A stretch of 64,000 bases of DNA from Myxococcota bacterium (GTDB lineage: Bacteria; Myxococcota_A; Polyangia; Nannocystales; Nannocystaceae), in contig JBCCHT010000012.1 of the NCBI GenBank assembly GCA_039028615.1, positions 128,001-192,000 on the forward strand. The letters are read 5' to 3'. The notes under the pieces were generated by a model. It did not search any database and was not told the origin of the DNA. It saw nothing but the letters and a program-made list of their open reading frames with translations. Positions 51,267 through 61,411 of this stretch are shown here, piece by piece. The first letter of the stretch is position 1. Every line of letters starts with the position of its first letter. The position numbers and the translations under genes were made by a program.

Positions 51267-54022
51267 GCACGACCTCGGTCTCGCGTGTCTTCCGACTCAA
51301 CGACCGCCCGGTCGACGAGGTCGCCGATCGCCACCTCGAGCGGAGGATCGCGAGCCGGCTCTTTTCGACCGTCGCCCCCCGCATGACGATCGGGCGCTTC
51401 GAGGTCCTGGGGACCCTCGGCAAGGGCGGCGGCGGCATCGTCTACGAGGCTCGCGATCCCAAGCTGCATCGTCGGGTCGCGATCAAGGTCTACGCCTCCC
51501 ACCCCTGCGCGGCACGGGCCAGCACCCTGCGCTTCGAGGGCAGCGAGCTCCATACCGAGGCACGCACCCTCGCTCAGCTCTCGCACCCCAACATCGTCAA
51601 GGTGTTCGAGGTCGACGAGGACGGCGGGGACGTGTTCATCGTGATGGAGAAGGTGGAGGGCGCGAACCTGCTGCAGTGGCTGCTGGGCGCGGGGCAGCAC
51701 AGTCCCCTGGCAACGAAACTTCGGTTGCTCAGCGGCGCGGCCAAGGGACTGAGGGCGGCCCACGCCCACGGGGTGGTGCACGGGGACATCAAGCCGGGCA
51801 ACATCCTGGTCGACGGCAAGCTCAACGCGATGCTGGCCGACTTCGGCCTGGCGTCGCCGCTCGACGACGACACGGGCTCGGGCGCCCGCCGCCAGACGCT
51901 CGCGGGCACGCCTCCCTATATGGCGCCCGAGCAGCACTACCGCGCCCCCCCGAGCGTGCGCACCGACATCTACTCGTTCTGCGTCACGGTCCTCGAGGTC
52001 CTGACGGCGCAGCGAGTCTTTCGCGGCACCTCGCTCGAGGAAATCATCGAAGCCAAGACGCGCGGGGTCGAGCAATTCATGGGCATGGTGCCTCCGCACC
52101 TGCGGGCCGCCTTGCGAGCGGGGACCCAGCACGATCCTCGTCGGCGGCTCGACACCATGGAACCGCTGGTCGAAGCGCTGAGCCGACCTGCGACCGGACG
52201 ACGCAAGGGGCTATGGGCCATCCTCGCGGCGATCGGCCTGAGCTCGGCCACGGCCCTGGCGAGCGTCGGTGACCACGACGAGCCGTGCCAGCCCTCCCCG
52301 CACCGTCTCGAAGAGGTCTGGAGCGGGGAGCACCGCGGCGGCATCGAGGAGGCCTTCGTGCGCACGGGTCTCGAGCTGGCCCCGGAGGCGGCGCGGCGCA
52401 CCATCGTCGCGCTCGATGGCTATGGAGCCCAGTGGCAGCAGGGGGCCCGTGAGCACTGCGATGCGATGGACATGATGAGCACCGAGCTCAGCCTGCGCCA
52501 AGCCGCGTGCCTCCATCGCAGCCTCGCCGCCATGACCTCGCTGGTGCAGCTGCTGCAGACGGCCGATGCCGCGTTGGTGACCTCCGCCCCCATGGCCGTG
52601 GCTTCGCTGCCCGGGATCGACGGCTGCGAGGCGGACGTGCTCGACCCGCAAGCCCGCACGGCCTCCGAGGCGGAGATTCTCACCGAGCTCGCCCGCACCG
52701 AGATCACCCGAGAAGCGGGCCGCTTCCGCGAGGCCGATGCCATGCTCGGCGGGCTGGTCGAACGCTCGGAACAATCGAGCCCCGGCATTCGTGCCCGCGT
52801 GCTCGACGTGGGAGGCATGACCGCTCGCGATCTCGGCGACACCGAGCGCGCCCACGCCATGCTCGAGCAAGCCTATGAGTTCGCCGTGCAGGCCGACGAC
52901 GACGAGATCGTGGTCCGTACCGCCGCCAACCTCAGCAGAGTCGTGGGGTTCTACAACGGTCGGCAGGACACGGGCCGCACCTGGGACCAGGTGGCGATGG
53001 CTCGCGCCCAGCGATTGCCGGCCGATTCCGAGGCGCGGCTCGATGCCATGCGCAACCACATCTCTCGGCTTTTTTTCGAGACGAGATACGCCGAGGCCGT
53101 GCCGCTGCTCCGCGAGTACGGCGAGCGCGTGCGGGCGGCCGGGATCCGCCCCTTCGAACGCGTGGGAGTACCCAACGACCTCGCCGTCGCCTGCATCCAG
53201 CTCGGGTACTACGCCAAGGCCAAGGTCCAGCTCGAGCGCGCCCTCGCGGCGGGCAAGGAGCTGCTCGGGGCCGACCACCCCCGGCTCAACGAAGTCTATT
53301 TCAACCTCGCGTTCGTCAGCCGCTTCGAGGGCGAGAGCACGAAGGCCCGACGCTACCTCGAGCGCGCGTACTCGATCTCTCGCGCCGCCCGGGGCCCCGA
53401 CCACGAGGCGGTGGCCATGCCCGCGTTGATGCTGGCGGAGCTCGATCTGGAGGCGGGGCACATCGAGCGAGCGCGCGAGCGCGTCGACATGAGCCACCAG
53501 ATCCTCACCAAGCTCCACCCCGAGGGCACCCGGGATTTCTCCGCGTCGTATCGCATGCAGGGAGAACTCGCGCGGCTCGAGGGCGACCACCAACGCTCGA
53601 TTCGGCTCCAGCGTCGGGCCCTCGAGGTCGTGTACCGCTACACCTCGCGGGACTATCCGGGCAGCGCCAAGTATCTGCTGACCCTGGGGCGAGCGCTGCA
53701 CGACGGCGGCAAGCTCGAGGAGGCGCACGAAGTGCTGGCCGACGCAGAGGCGATGATGCGCGAGCATCGGGCCGAGACGGTCATGCGCTGGCAGGCCACG
53801 CTGCATCGCGCCGCCGTGCTGTGGGACGAAGGCCAGATCGAGCACGCGCGCCGAGTCGCTCGGCCGGCCCTGCGCGAGCTGTCGCAGCGTGGCACCGAGG
53901 CGGCCCTGGCGTCCGTGGAGTGGTGGAACGAGCGCGACGACGGGCCCTCAGTGGCCAGCAATGGCCTCGAGCCACCGGTCGATGGCCGCGACATCCTCCG
54001 AGTGTCGATCCACGCCCCGTAG
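51263..54022 (+). CDS. Membrane Ser/Thr kinase with TPR repeats (STK5, non-RD, HGD)
   Basis: GTGA-coupled to ECF3; LGKGGGG, VAIK, HGDIKPGN, DFG, GTPPYMAPE; TM; TPRs. Confidence 0.92.
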   Translation: MSTTSVSRVFRLNDRPVDEVADRHLERRIASRLFSTVAPRMTIGRFEVLGTLGKGGGGIVYEARDPKLHRRVAIKVYASHPCAARASTLRFEGSELHTEARTLAQLSHPNIVKVFEVDEDGGDVFIVMEKVEGANLLQWLLGAGQHSPLATKLRLLSGAAKGLRAAHAHGVVHGDIKPGNILVDGKLNAMLADFGLASPLDDDTGSGARRQTLAGTPPYMAPEQHYRAPPSVRTDIYSFCVTVLEVLTAQRVFRGTSLEEIIEAKTRGVEQFMGMVPPHLRAALRAGTQHDPRRRLDTMEPLVEALSRPATGRRKGLWAILAAIGLSSATALASVGDHDEPCQPSPHRLEEVWSGEHRGGIEEAFVRTGLELAPEAARRTIVALDGYGAQWQQGAREHCDAMDMMSTELSLRQAACLHRSLAAMTSLVQLLQTADAALVTSAPMAVASLPGIDGCEADVLDPQARTASEAEILTELARTEITREAGRFREADAMLGGLVERSEQSSPGIRARVLDVGGMTARDLGDTERAHAMLEQAYEFAVQADDDEIVVRTAANLSRVVGFYNGRQDTGRTWDQVAMARAQRLPADSEARLDAMRNHISRLFFETRYAEAVPLLREYGERVRAAGIRPFERVGVPNDLAVACIQLGYYAKAKVQLERALAAGKELLGADHPRLNEVYFNLAFVSRFEGESTKARRYLERAYSISRAARGPDHEAVAMPALMLAELDLEAGHIERARERVDMSHQILTKLHPEGTRDFSASYRMQGELARLEGDHQRSIRLQRRALEVVYRYTSRDYPGSAKYLLTLGRALHDGGKLEEAHEVLADAEAMMREHRAETVMRWQATLHRAAVLWDEGQIEHARRVARPALRELSQRGTEAALASVEWWNERDDGPSVASNGLEPPVDGRDILRVSIHAP

Positions 54023-56977
54023 CAGGGCATCCAGGGCCTGGCGAGCGAGCTGGGCCGCATGGGCCGAGTTGTCTCGAGCTTCGTGCACGCGGGCGACCCC
54101 GAACAGGGCGCGGCCGCGAAGGACCAGGCCGCTGTTGCCTCCCTCGGTGAGGGCCAGCGCCCGCTCGAGGTGCGTCGCCGCCTCGTCCACTCGCCCGGAC
54201 TCGAGCTCGACGATCCCCAGCTCGAGGAGCAGCTCGATGAGGTTGCGATGCTCCCGTCCCCACTCCTTCTCGGCCCGACGCAGCCCTCGCTCGAGTTCAT
54301 CGTGGGCCTCGTCGAGCTTCCCCGTGCGTTGCAGGAGTGCGCCCCGCAGTCGGTGTACGGGGGCATCCCCGGTCGGCGCCGTACCGACGCCCTCGTCGAG
54401 CGTCTCCTCGACTGCTTCGAGCGTCTCGGCCGCTTCCTCGAGGCGGCCCAGGTCGAGCAATGCCCACACCTTGTAGGCCAGCAGACGCCGCACCGTCTTG
54501 ACGTTCGACTCCGTTCCTCGCTCGAGGATCCGCAGCCCTCGCTGCACCTGGACCAGCGCCCGCTCGGCATCGCCCTGACGCCGGTACACGTCGCCGCGAT
54601 CGCCCAGCAGCATCGCGTAGTCGGGATGCTCCTCCCCCATGACCGGGGCATAGGCCTCGAGCGCCTGGGTGAAGTCGCGCTCGGCCTCGCTCAGGCGACC
54701 GAGCTGCACCAAGATCGCCGCCCGGGTGCCCTGCGAGCGAGCGAAGGTCGGATGCCCCTCGCCGACCGTCTCGCGCAGGACCTCCATCGCCCCGTTCATC
54801 TCGTCGAGCGCCAGCCCGTTGTTGCCCTGAAACATCAGCAGGAGCGCATACGCGGACTCGACCTGAGCATAGCGCGGGTGCTGGCGACCCACCGCGACGT
54901 CGAGCAGCTCCATCGCTCGCTGCAGATGCGATGCGGCATCGTCGAGCTTGTTCAGGCCCTGGTAGCAGAGGCTCAGGTTGAAGTGGCACACGCCCGCGCT
55001 CAAGCTCGCGGGGCCGTCGGCCTCGATGGTCTCGTCGAGCGAGCGCTGAAAGTGGGGAAGCGCCCGCTCGATGTCGTCGTTGACCGCGTAGACCACCGCC
55101 AGGTTGCCCTCGAGCTTGGCCCGCAGCGACCGTGAATCCGTCAGCTCGGCGAGCGAGGCCTCGGCATGCCGGGCCCATTGCTCCGCGGCCGGGGTGTCGT
55201 CGAGATCGGTGCCCGCCACGAACACCAACGCGATCGCAGCCGTGGCCGCGGTGTGGTGCGCTCCGTGGCGCTGGGCCTGGTAGGCCGCCTCGGACAGGTG
55301 TTCCCGGGCTTCCCGGGGTTTGCCCGCCCCGAGGAACGCCTGCCCGAGCCGGAGCCGGGCACGGGCCTGGAGCGTGGGATGGTCACCGCTCTGCGCCAGC
55401 TCCAGCGCCTTGCGAGCCGCCTCGATGGACCCCTCGGATGCGCCCTGCTCCTCGGTGTCCATGCTCTTTTCCATCCACGCTTCGACCCGAGATTCGAGGG
55501 CCAGGTACTCCTGGCTCGGATCCCGCGGCGCACCATCGCGAAGCCGCTCTGCATCTTCACACCGCGCGACATCGGGCCACGACGAGACCTGCTCGATGGC
55601 GCTGCGGATCGTGCCCACGTCTGCCTCGCGAAACCGTCCCAAGGTCTCCGCCATCCGCGAGCGGGCTCGGTTCAGGCATCGCAGCTGGCGCTCGAGCCCA
55701 GGCGCCGCATCGTCCGCCTGAGCGTGCCCGGTGCACACGGCTTCGTAGGCTTGCTCCCATCGTCGCGTCCGCTCGTCGACCATGGGAACGACCCGCGACG
55801 CGGTATCGGCCGCATAGGTGAGCCCGGACTGCGAAAACCCGTCTCGGACCTGCGCCCGCGCTTCATCGTTCCACATCGCGGCCGTACTCGCGTCGCGAAG
55901 ATCGCAGCGCCGTTGGGTCCTCGCGTCGAGGCCGACGAAGCTGATGCCCGCCACCACCGTCAGTGCGACGCCCGCCCCGAGCAAACGTCGGCGCCAGGGA
56001 AGTCGGGCGCGGATCCGCCGTAGCTCGTCACGCACCACGTCCATCGTCGGGTGGCGCTTGGCCGCCTCGGGGGCCATGCCGACGCGCAGAAGCTCGATCA
56101 GCCGCCGCGGCAGGCGAAAGCGACCGTTGCCGAAATCGATCGGTTGGCGCAGCTTGGCCCGAGCCAACCACCGCAGGTTCTTGTCGACATGCGGCCGACG
56201 CCCCATCAATAGCTCGTACAGCGCGACACAAAACGCGTACTGGTCGCTGCGCGGCCCCACCTCGCCCGTGGTCAGCTGCTCGGGGGCCATGTAGGGCGGC
56301 GAGCCCATCACCACGCCATCGCTCGTCAGCGAAGAGCGCCCATCCAGCTCGTGCTCACCGAGTTCATCCAGATTGACGCCGAGCCTCGGGCTCAGGTCGT
56401 CCTCGCGGTTGGAGATGCGGGCGAGCCCGAAGTCCATGACCAGCACCCGGCCGGAGGGTTGCCGCATGAGGTTGCCCGGCTTGAGATCGCGATGAATGAA
56501 GCCCGCCTCGTGGACCGCGGCCAGGCCGGCCGCGACTTGCTCGAAGACCTCGAGGATCTCCGGCAGCGGGGGCTCCCCCTTGGCCCACCGCGACAACGTG
56601 CCCCCCTCCACCAGCTCCATGGCGATGAACACCCGCTGCTCGTGTACGCCGACGTCGTAGATCGAGACCACGTTCGGGTGGGACACGCTCGCCGCGGCCA
56701 TCGCCTCGCGCCGTAGCCTCTGCGCTGCCCGCTCGTCCTGTCCGATGCGATCGTGGAGCAGCTTGATGGCGATGGTCCGCTCGAGTCGAGGATCCCAAGC
56801 ACGCCACACCACCCCGAACCCACCTGCGCCGAGCTCCTGCAGGATCTGGTAGCGGTCGATGGAGCTGCCCGGGTAGCGGCTGGCCTCGAACGCGTTGCGC
56901 AGCTCGTCGTCGAGTTCCTGAGGACCGCCCAAGCCCGAGGCCGTCGCCTCGAGCCTCGGATCCTCGCCATCGGTCAC
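53948..56977 (-). CDS. Membrane Ser/Thr kinase with TPR repeats (STK6)
   Basis: LGAGGFG, IAIK, HRDLKPGN, DFG, GSPPYMAPE; TM; GxxHP TPRs. Confidence 0.93.
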   Translation of the reverse strand: MTDGEDPRLEATASGLGGPQELDDELRNAFEASRYPGSSIDRYQILQELGAGGFGVVWRAWDPRLERTIAIKLLHDRIGQDERAAQRLRREAMAAASVSHPNVVSIYDVGVHEQRVFIAMELVEGGTLSRWAKGEPPLPEILEVFEQVAAGLAAVHEAGFIHRDLKPGNLMRQPSGRVLVMDFGLARISNREDDLSPRLGVNLDELGEHELDGRSSLTSDGVVMGSPPYMAPEQLTTGEVGPRSDQYAFCVALYELLMGRRPHVDKNLRWLARAKLRQPIDFGNGRFRLPRRLIELLRVGMAPEAAKRHPTMDVVRDELRRIRARLPWRRRLLGAGVALTVVAGISFVGLDARTQRRCDLRDASTAAMWNDEARAQVRDGFSQSGLTYAADTASRVVPMVDERTRRWEQAYEAVCTGHAQADDAAPGLERQLRCLNRARSRMAETLGRFREADVGTIRSAIEQVSSWPDVARCEDAERLRDGAPRDPSQEYLALESRVEAWMEKSMDTEEQGASEGSIEAARKALELAQSGDHPTLQARARLRLGQAFLGAGKPREAREHLSEAAYQAQRHGAHHTAATAAIALVFVAGTDLDDTPAAEQWARHAEASLAELTDSRSLRAKLEGNLAVVYAVNDDIERALPHFQRSLDETIEADGPASLSAGVCHFNLSLCYQGLNKLDDAASHLQRAMELLDVAVGRQHPRYAQVESAYALLLMFQGNNGLALDEMNGAMEVLRETVGEGHPTFARSQGTRAAILVQLGRLSEAERDFTQALEAYAPVMGEEHPDYAMLLGDRGDVYRRQGDAERALVQVQRGLRILERGTESNVKTVRRLLAYKVWALLDLGRLEEAAETLEAVEETLDEGVGTAPTGDAPVHRLRGALLQRTGKLDEAHDELERGLRRAEKEWGREHRNLIELLLELGIVELESGRVDEAATHLERALALTEGGNSGLVLRGRALFGVARVHEARDNSAHAAQLARQALDALLRGVDRHSEDVAAIDRWLEAIAGH

Positions 56978-56996
56978 CGCGTAAGCATACCGGTTT

Positions 56997-59792
56997 CTAT
57001 ATCCACTGGTAGCTGGGCATCTCGGTCAGACCGGGCACTTCGCGCACCGTGCCCAGGTTGTTGCCACGCGGGTGAAACAGAGGAACCAGGATGAAACGCC
57101 CGTGGGGCACCGTCCACGCCCCGCCAATGCCCTCGAGGTTGTGGTGGGCGACTTCGACGAAGTTGTCGCCCTCGCGGCTCATCCAGATCGGCGAAACTTC
57201 ATCGTAGTGGGCGAGCAGTCGATCGCGAGCCTCCGTCACCAGGGAGGGTGCTCCCGAGACCGGACAGTGGTTGAAGGTCGCGATCTCGCCGTCGTACTGC
57301 ATGCTGCGATAGGTCCAATTCGAGGTCCCGCACACGAGGTACTCGTCGTCGAAGATCGCCAGCTTGGAGTGGATGGTCGGCTGGTCGAGGCCCACGTGGG
57401 GCGGCGCCCCGAAGCGCACCGGAGTGTAGAAATGAAACGTCCCCTCGACGGCGGTGATGCGGGTGAACGGCACCGTCTTGGTGCCCCGCCCGTTCTCCTT
57501 CGTGATCTCGAGCCCGTCGCCCAGCAGCCAGCGCTGGTGAGGTTGGAGCGTAGCGCCCGTCGAGCCGTCGTAGGAGTCGATCACGTTCCAGACCGATGCC
57601 CCCACCCGGTCCACGTCGCGCTGCTCGTTGGGGTTGCTCTTGGACATGTAGAACACGCGCTGGCAGATCGGCGGAGGCATCCGCAAGATGAGCTGCAGCC
57701 ACGAACGCCTGGTCATGAGACCAAAGCCCCCCGGGGTCCCGATGTTGGTGAGGATGCGGATCCGCAGCGCCGGGTTGGCCTGCCAGGCCTGGTACAGCGC
57801 ACGGACGATCTCCGGGTCCGTGAACTGGTTGTTCTCCATGTAGATGTAGTGCTTGGCGGCGGAGATGCGCGCGAGGATCTCGTCGCGTAGGTCGCGGTGG
57901 CGGAACAGCGTGGTGGAGCGGGTCAGCCGAATGGCGGTGGTCGTCGTCGGCGTGGTGACCGTCTGCGGGGTGTCGTTGGGCTCGATCCGCACCGCGGCCG
58001 CGCGCAGGGTGCTGCGACTGCCCGCCCCCACGTAGCGCGTACGCACCTGACGGGTGAGCCGAGCGGTGGGGATGGTGGCCGCCTGCATGGCCACCGCCCG
58101 ATTCCACCGCCGCATCCACTCCGCCTCGATGGCATCCGTACCCGGACCCACCACCCGGACCGCGGTGTCGTGCCATCCGTTCTTCTTCTGAGGATCGTTC
58201 ATGTGGCGACGGTGGTCACAGCAGTCCCAGTAGTAGTTGGCGAGGTTGAAGCCCCCCACGATCGCCGTACGCTGGCCGCCGACGGAGAAGATGGCGATCT
58301 TCTCGTGATTGCTCGATCCGGTGACGCCTTCGTAGCGCTCGAGATAGACCCGGACTCGCCCCGGCAGCGGGTCGGGAGGAGGCTTGGCCGCGGCGGCCGT
58401 GGCCGCGATCGCATCCTTGACCATCAGCGCATCGGCCAAGCGCGCGTGCTCCTGGGCGTGGTGCCCCTCCTTGAAGCGGTCCTTGAAATTCGGATACCAG
58501 ACGATGATGTCGACGTCGTGCCCGGCCATGATCACGCGGGCCACGTGCTCCACCAACGTCTCCTGCGCGTTACCGTAGTGCGTCCGGTCGCCGAGATAGA
58601 CCGAAGCGTTGATCATCCAGTAGGCCAGGCGCACATAGGTGTGAGGCCCGGGCTGGGCGGCGGCGACGGCCATCATCTGGGTCCGCAGCTCGCCGAAGTA
58701 CTGCTCCCCGTCCATGAGGAAATCGACCTCGTCCGTGCCCATCGTGGCCTTCTCTCCGTACGTGAAGCAGCCGGGGAGCACCGCGCTTTGGCCATCGGAG
58801 CCGGTCACCTTGACGTCGACCGTGCCCGGGCCCACGCCGGGGGGCGCTCGGACGTAGAGCAGCTTGCGGTGCATGAACATCCGCTTGGCGGGCACGGTGC
58901 CGAACTCGACCTTGGGGTACTTGGCGCGCTCGAAGTACTCGCCTTCGATGCGCACCGTGGTGCCCCCGGCCACGATGCCGTGCTTGGGCATCAGCGCGTC
59001 GATGCGAGGCGCGTGATAGGTGTAGGCATCGGGGAGTTCGTCGAAGGCGACGTTCGAGTTCCCCACCGCCACCGAGACGGGACCTTCGGGACCCGGGGGG
59101 ATGCGAACCCGCAGCTGGGTGGTGCTCAGGCGCTCGATGTCGGTGACGTTGACGCCCCCGAACTCGACCCAGGTCTTGCCGTTGAAGTGGGTGCCCGTGA
59201 TCGTCAGCCGGGTCCCGCCCGCGGTGGGCCCTCGCGTCGCGCTGAGCTTGGTGATCGTCGGGGGGTGGAACTCGAAGCCCTGCGGGAGGTCACCGTAGAC
59301 GCCATCCGGGTTCTGAATCCGCACGTCCACCTTGCCGACCAGGTCGATGGGCAGCATGGCCCGCACGTCGGTGGGGCTGTCCCAGACCTCGTGGGACGAC
59401 TGCGCGCCGTCGAAGTAGACCCGGCATCCCGGCGCGAAGTAGTCGCCCGTGATCAGCACGACCTGCTCGGCCCCGGCCGAGGCCGAAGTCGGCGCGACCG
59501 CATCGAGCCGCGGCGCGTGATACTCGAAGCCCTCGGGCAAGGTCGCCACGCTCCCGTCGGGCCGGGTGAGCACCACCGCCACCGTGCCCGGCATGCTCGG
59601 CCCAACCGTGACCGTCAGCGACTCGGGCTCGACCCTCACCACCGTCGCCGGACGATGGCCGACCTTCACCGTCAGCCCGGGCTCGAAGCCCTGCCCTTCG
59701 ATGACGACCTCGTAACCGCCTCCGGTCGGGCCTCCGGGAGGCACGCAGCGACGGAGGGTGATGGGTATGGCGTGTTCGGCTTCGGTCAGCAC
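56997..59792 (-). CDS. IPT/TIG-repeat (x4) phospholipase D-family protein
   Basis: Four IPT/TIG units (e.g. GPTAGGTRLTITGTHF); PLD motifs DGEQYF, HEKIAIFS...GGFNL, AKHYIYMENNQF, HSKLAIFDD...GTSNWTYRS. Confidence 0.88.
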   Translation of the reverse strand: MLTEAEHAIPITLRRCVPPGGPTGGGYEVVIEGQGFEPGLTVKVGHRPATVVRVEPESLTVTVGPSMPGTVAVVLTRPDGSVATLPEGFEYHAPRLDAVAPTSASAGAEQVVLITGDYFAPGCRVYFDGAQSSHEVWDSPTDVRAMLPIDLVGKVDVRIQNPDGVYGDLPQGFEFHPPTITKLSATRGPTAGGTRLTITGTHFNGKTWVEFGGVNVTDIERLSTTQLRVRIPPGPEGPVSVAVGNSNVAFDELPDAYTYHAPRIDALMPKHGIVAGGTTVRIEGEYFERAKYPKVEFGTVPAKRMFMHRKLLYVRAPPGVGPGTVDVKVTGSDGQSAVLPGCFTYGEKATMGTDEVDFLMDGEQYFGELRTQMMAVAAAQPGPHTYVRLAYWMINASVYLGDRTHYGNAQETLVEHVARVIMAGHDVDIIVWYPNFKDRFKEGHHAQEHARLADALMVKDAIAATAAAAKPPPDPLPGRVRVYLERYEGVTGSSNHEKIAIFSVGGQRTAIVGGFNLANYYWDCCDHRRHMNDPQKKNGWHDTAVRVVGPGTDAIEAEWMRRWNRAVAMQAATIPTARLTRQVRTRYVGAGSRSTLRAAAVRIEPNDTPQTVTTPTTTTAIRLTRSTTLFRHRDLRDEILARISAAKHYIYMENNQFTDPEIVRALYQAWQANPALRIRILTNIGTPGGFGLMTRRSWLQLILRMPPPICQRVFYMSKSNPNEQRDVDRVGASVWNVIDSYDGSTGATLQPHQRWLLGDGLEITKENGRGTKTVPFTRITAVEGTFHFYTPVRFGAPPHVGLDQPTIHSKLAIFDDEYLVCGTSNWTYRSMQYDGEIATFNHCPVSGAPSLVTEARDRLLAHYDEVSPIWMSREGDNFVEVAHHNLEGIGGAWTVPHGRFILVPLFHPRGNNLGTVREVPGLTEMPSYQWI

Positions 59793-60910
59793 AAATGCAG
59801 CTCCTCGAGGGCATCCACCGTGGCGTCGTCGAGTGCGCCCGTCTCCGGGATGCCCGCCTCGCGTTGGAGGTCACGCAACGCCCGAACCGTGCGGGGTCCG
59901 AGCTCGCCCTGTTCGTCTTCGTCGTGGACGAGCAAGCCCAGCGAGCGCAGCCGGGCTTGGACGCCGCTCACGCGATCGAGCGGATCCAGGTGATTGACGA
60001 GCAGCTCGTAGCGCTCGGTTTCGGATTCGGCGCCCAGCTCGAGGGTGACGCGCTCGGTGTCGATGAGCATGGGCTCGTCGAGCTGCCCGTCGGCGTCGAG
60101 CCGACCGTCACGAACCTGGCCTCCGCCCGAGCCGTGCAGGGTGAGCAAATACGGCACGTCCGCGCGTGCCTCCCCGGCCCCGTCGAGGAAGCGCAGCTGC
60201 AGCATCGGTGTTTCCACGAACCGACGCACTCGGACCCGACTGCCCGCTTCCACGCGCTGTGGCTCGACCTGCAGGGCGGGGATCTCCACCACGTCCCCCG
60301 GCGCGAGCACGTTGGGGTGCGGCCGCTGCTGCCTCAGCGCGGCGTTGGCCTCCCAGAGTCGCTCGCAGCCGAAGCCATGGCGAGCGGCGATCTCGCTCAG
60401 GCCCTCGCCCGGCTGGACCTCGTACTGCGTCGGGCCCGTGGTCGGGGGCGGCTCGCTCCACTCGGCTTTGGCCCGGCTGCTCGCCTCCGCGTCTTCCATC
60501 CTCTCGCTGTCCTCGAGCGTCCATCGTTCGGCATCCACATCAGGCAGGCTCAGCGCGTAGCTCCCGGGCTCGAGCCCCTCGAAGCGCAGGTCACCGCGCA
60601 CGTCCGTCCGCCCGAGCAGCGACTTCCCGTCGCCGTTGCGCAGCTCCACCGTCGCCCCCGCCACCGGGTGCTCGTGTTGGTCGCATAGCCGCACCTCGAT
60701 CGCCCGCCGTCGCGGATCGCCGCACCCCTCGACATCCCCCGCGATGCATCCGTTCGCAGCGCCCCCCGTCGCGGTGTCGGCCGCAGCCAATCGCGCCGCC
60801 ATGTCCGACACGACTGGTTCGGGCTCGGTCTCCTCTCCCGGATAGGGATACGCCAAGACGCTCGGCCAGCGAGCACCCCCTTCCAGACGAAGCGCGCGTT
60901 CATGGCTCAC
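59786..60910 (-). CDS. LysM + peptidoglycan-binding domain protein
   Basis: GTGA-coupled; carboxypeptidase-regulatory-like strands (PVAGATVEL...GRTDVRG); LysM YEVQPGEGLSEIAARHG...LAPGDVVEIP; PG_binding_1 VQARLRSLG...GELGPRTVRAL...TGALDDAT. Confidence 0.85.
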   Translation of the reverse strand: MSHERALRLEGGARWPSVLAYPYPGEETEPEPVVSDMAARLAAADTATGGAANGCIAGDVEGCGDPRRRAIEVRLCDQHEHPVAGATVELRNGDGKSLLGRTDVRGDLRFEGLEPGSYALSLPDVDAERWTLEDSERMEDAEASSRAKAEWSEPPPTTGPTQYEVQPGEGLSEIAARHGFGCERLWEANAALRQQRPHPNVLAPGDVVEIPALQVEPQRVEAGSRVRVRRFVETPMLQLRFLDGAGEARADVPYLLTLHGSGGGQVRDGRLDADGQLDEPMLIDTERVTLELGAESETERYELLVNHLDPLDRVSGVQARLRSLGLLVHDEDEQGELGPRTVRALRDLQREAGIPETGALDDATVDALEELHLC

Positions 60911-61341
60911 CGCCTTGCACCGCCCTCCGCCGCCGCGGCGTGCCGCTGTCGAGCCTGCGCGTTGGCGTGCTCGCTCCGCAGTCGCTCGATCGAAGCCCTC
61001 ACCAGCCGATCGAGCCTCGCGCTGGGCAACGGGACCTCGCCGTCGCTCAACAACGCCGCCATCCATGGTCGCTCGAGGTCGCAGTTCCAGCCGTAGACCA
61101 CCAGTAGATTGAGGAACCGCGCGAGATCTCGAAAGGTCACCAAGCCATAGCCCACCGCCCGGAGCGCGCCCTCTTCGACCTCATCGCGGAGTTCGTCCTC
61201 GTCGAGCGCCACCAGCTCCTCGGGGAACGAGCGCCGAAGCTCGGCCACCAAGGTATCGAGGAGTGGCCGCACCCGCGGCCGACGAAGGCCCCGAAGGTGC
61301 TCGGGGCGCATGACGAAGAGCTCAGTGAAGCCAGCGTTCAT
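60907..61341 (-). CDS. Small helical protein resembling the C-terminal part of T6SS effector chaperones (DUF4123-associated)
   Basis: MRPEHL...LRRSFPE...EEGALRAVGYGLVTFRDLARFLNLLVVYGWNCD...PWMAALLSD...RLDRL; family resemblance from memory only. Confidence 0.6.
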   Translation of the reverse strand: MNAGFTELFVMRPEHLRGLRRPRVRPLLDTLVAELRRSFPEELVALDEDELRDEVEEGALRAVGYGLVTFRDLARFLNLLVVYGWNCDLERPWMAALLSDGEVPLPSARLDRLVRASIERLRSEHANAQARQRHAAAAEGGARR

Positions 61342-61411
61342 TGGCGTGCCCCCATGAAGAGACGAAGTGGCCGCGGGCGGACGATGCGATCCAAACAGAC
61401 ACCGTTTTCGG

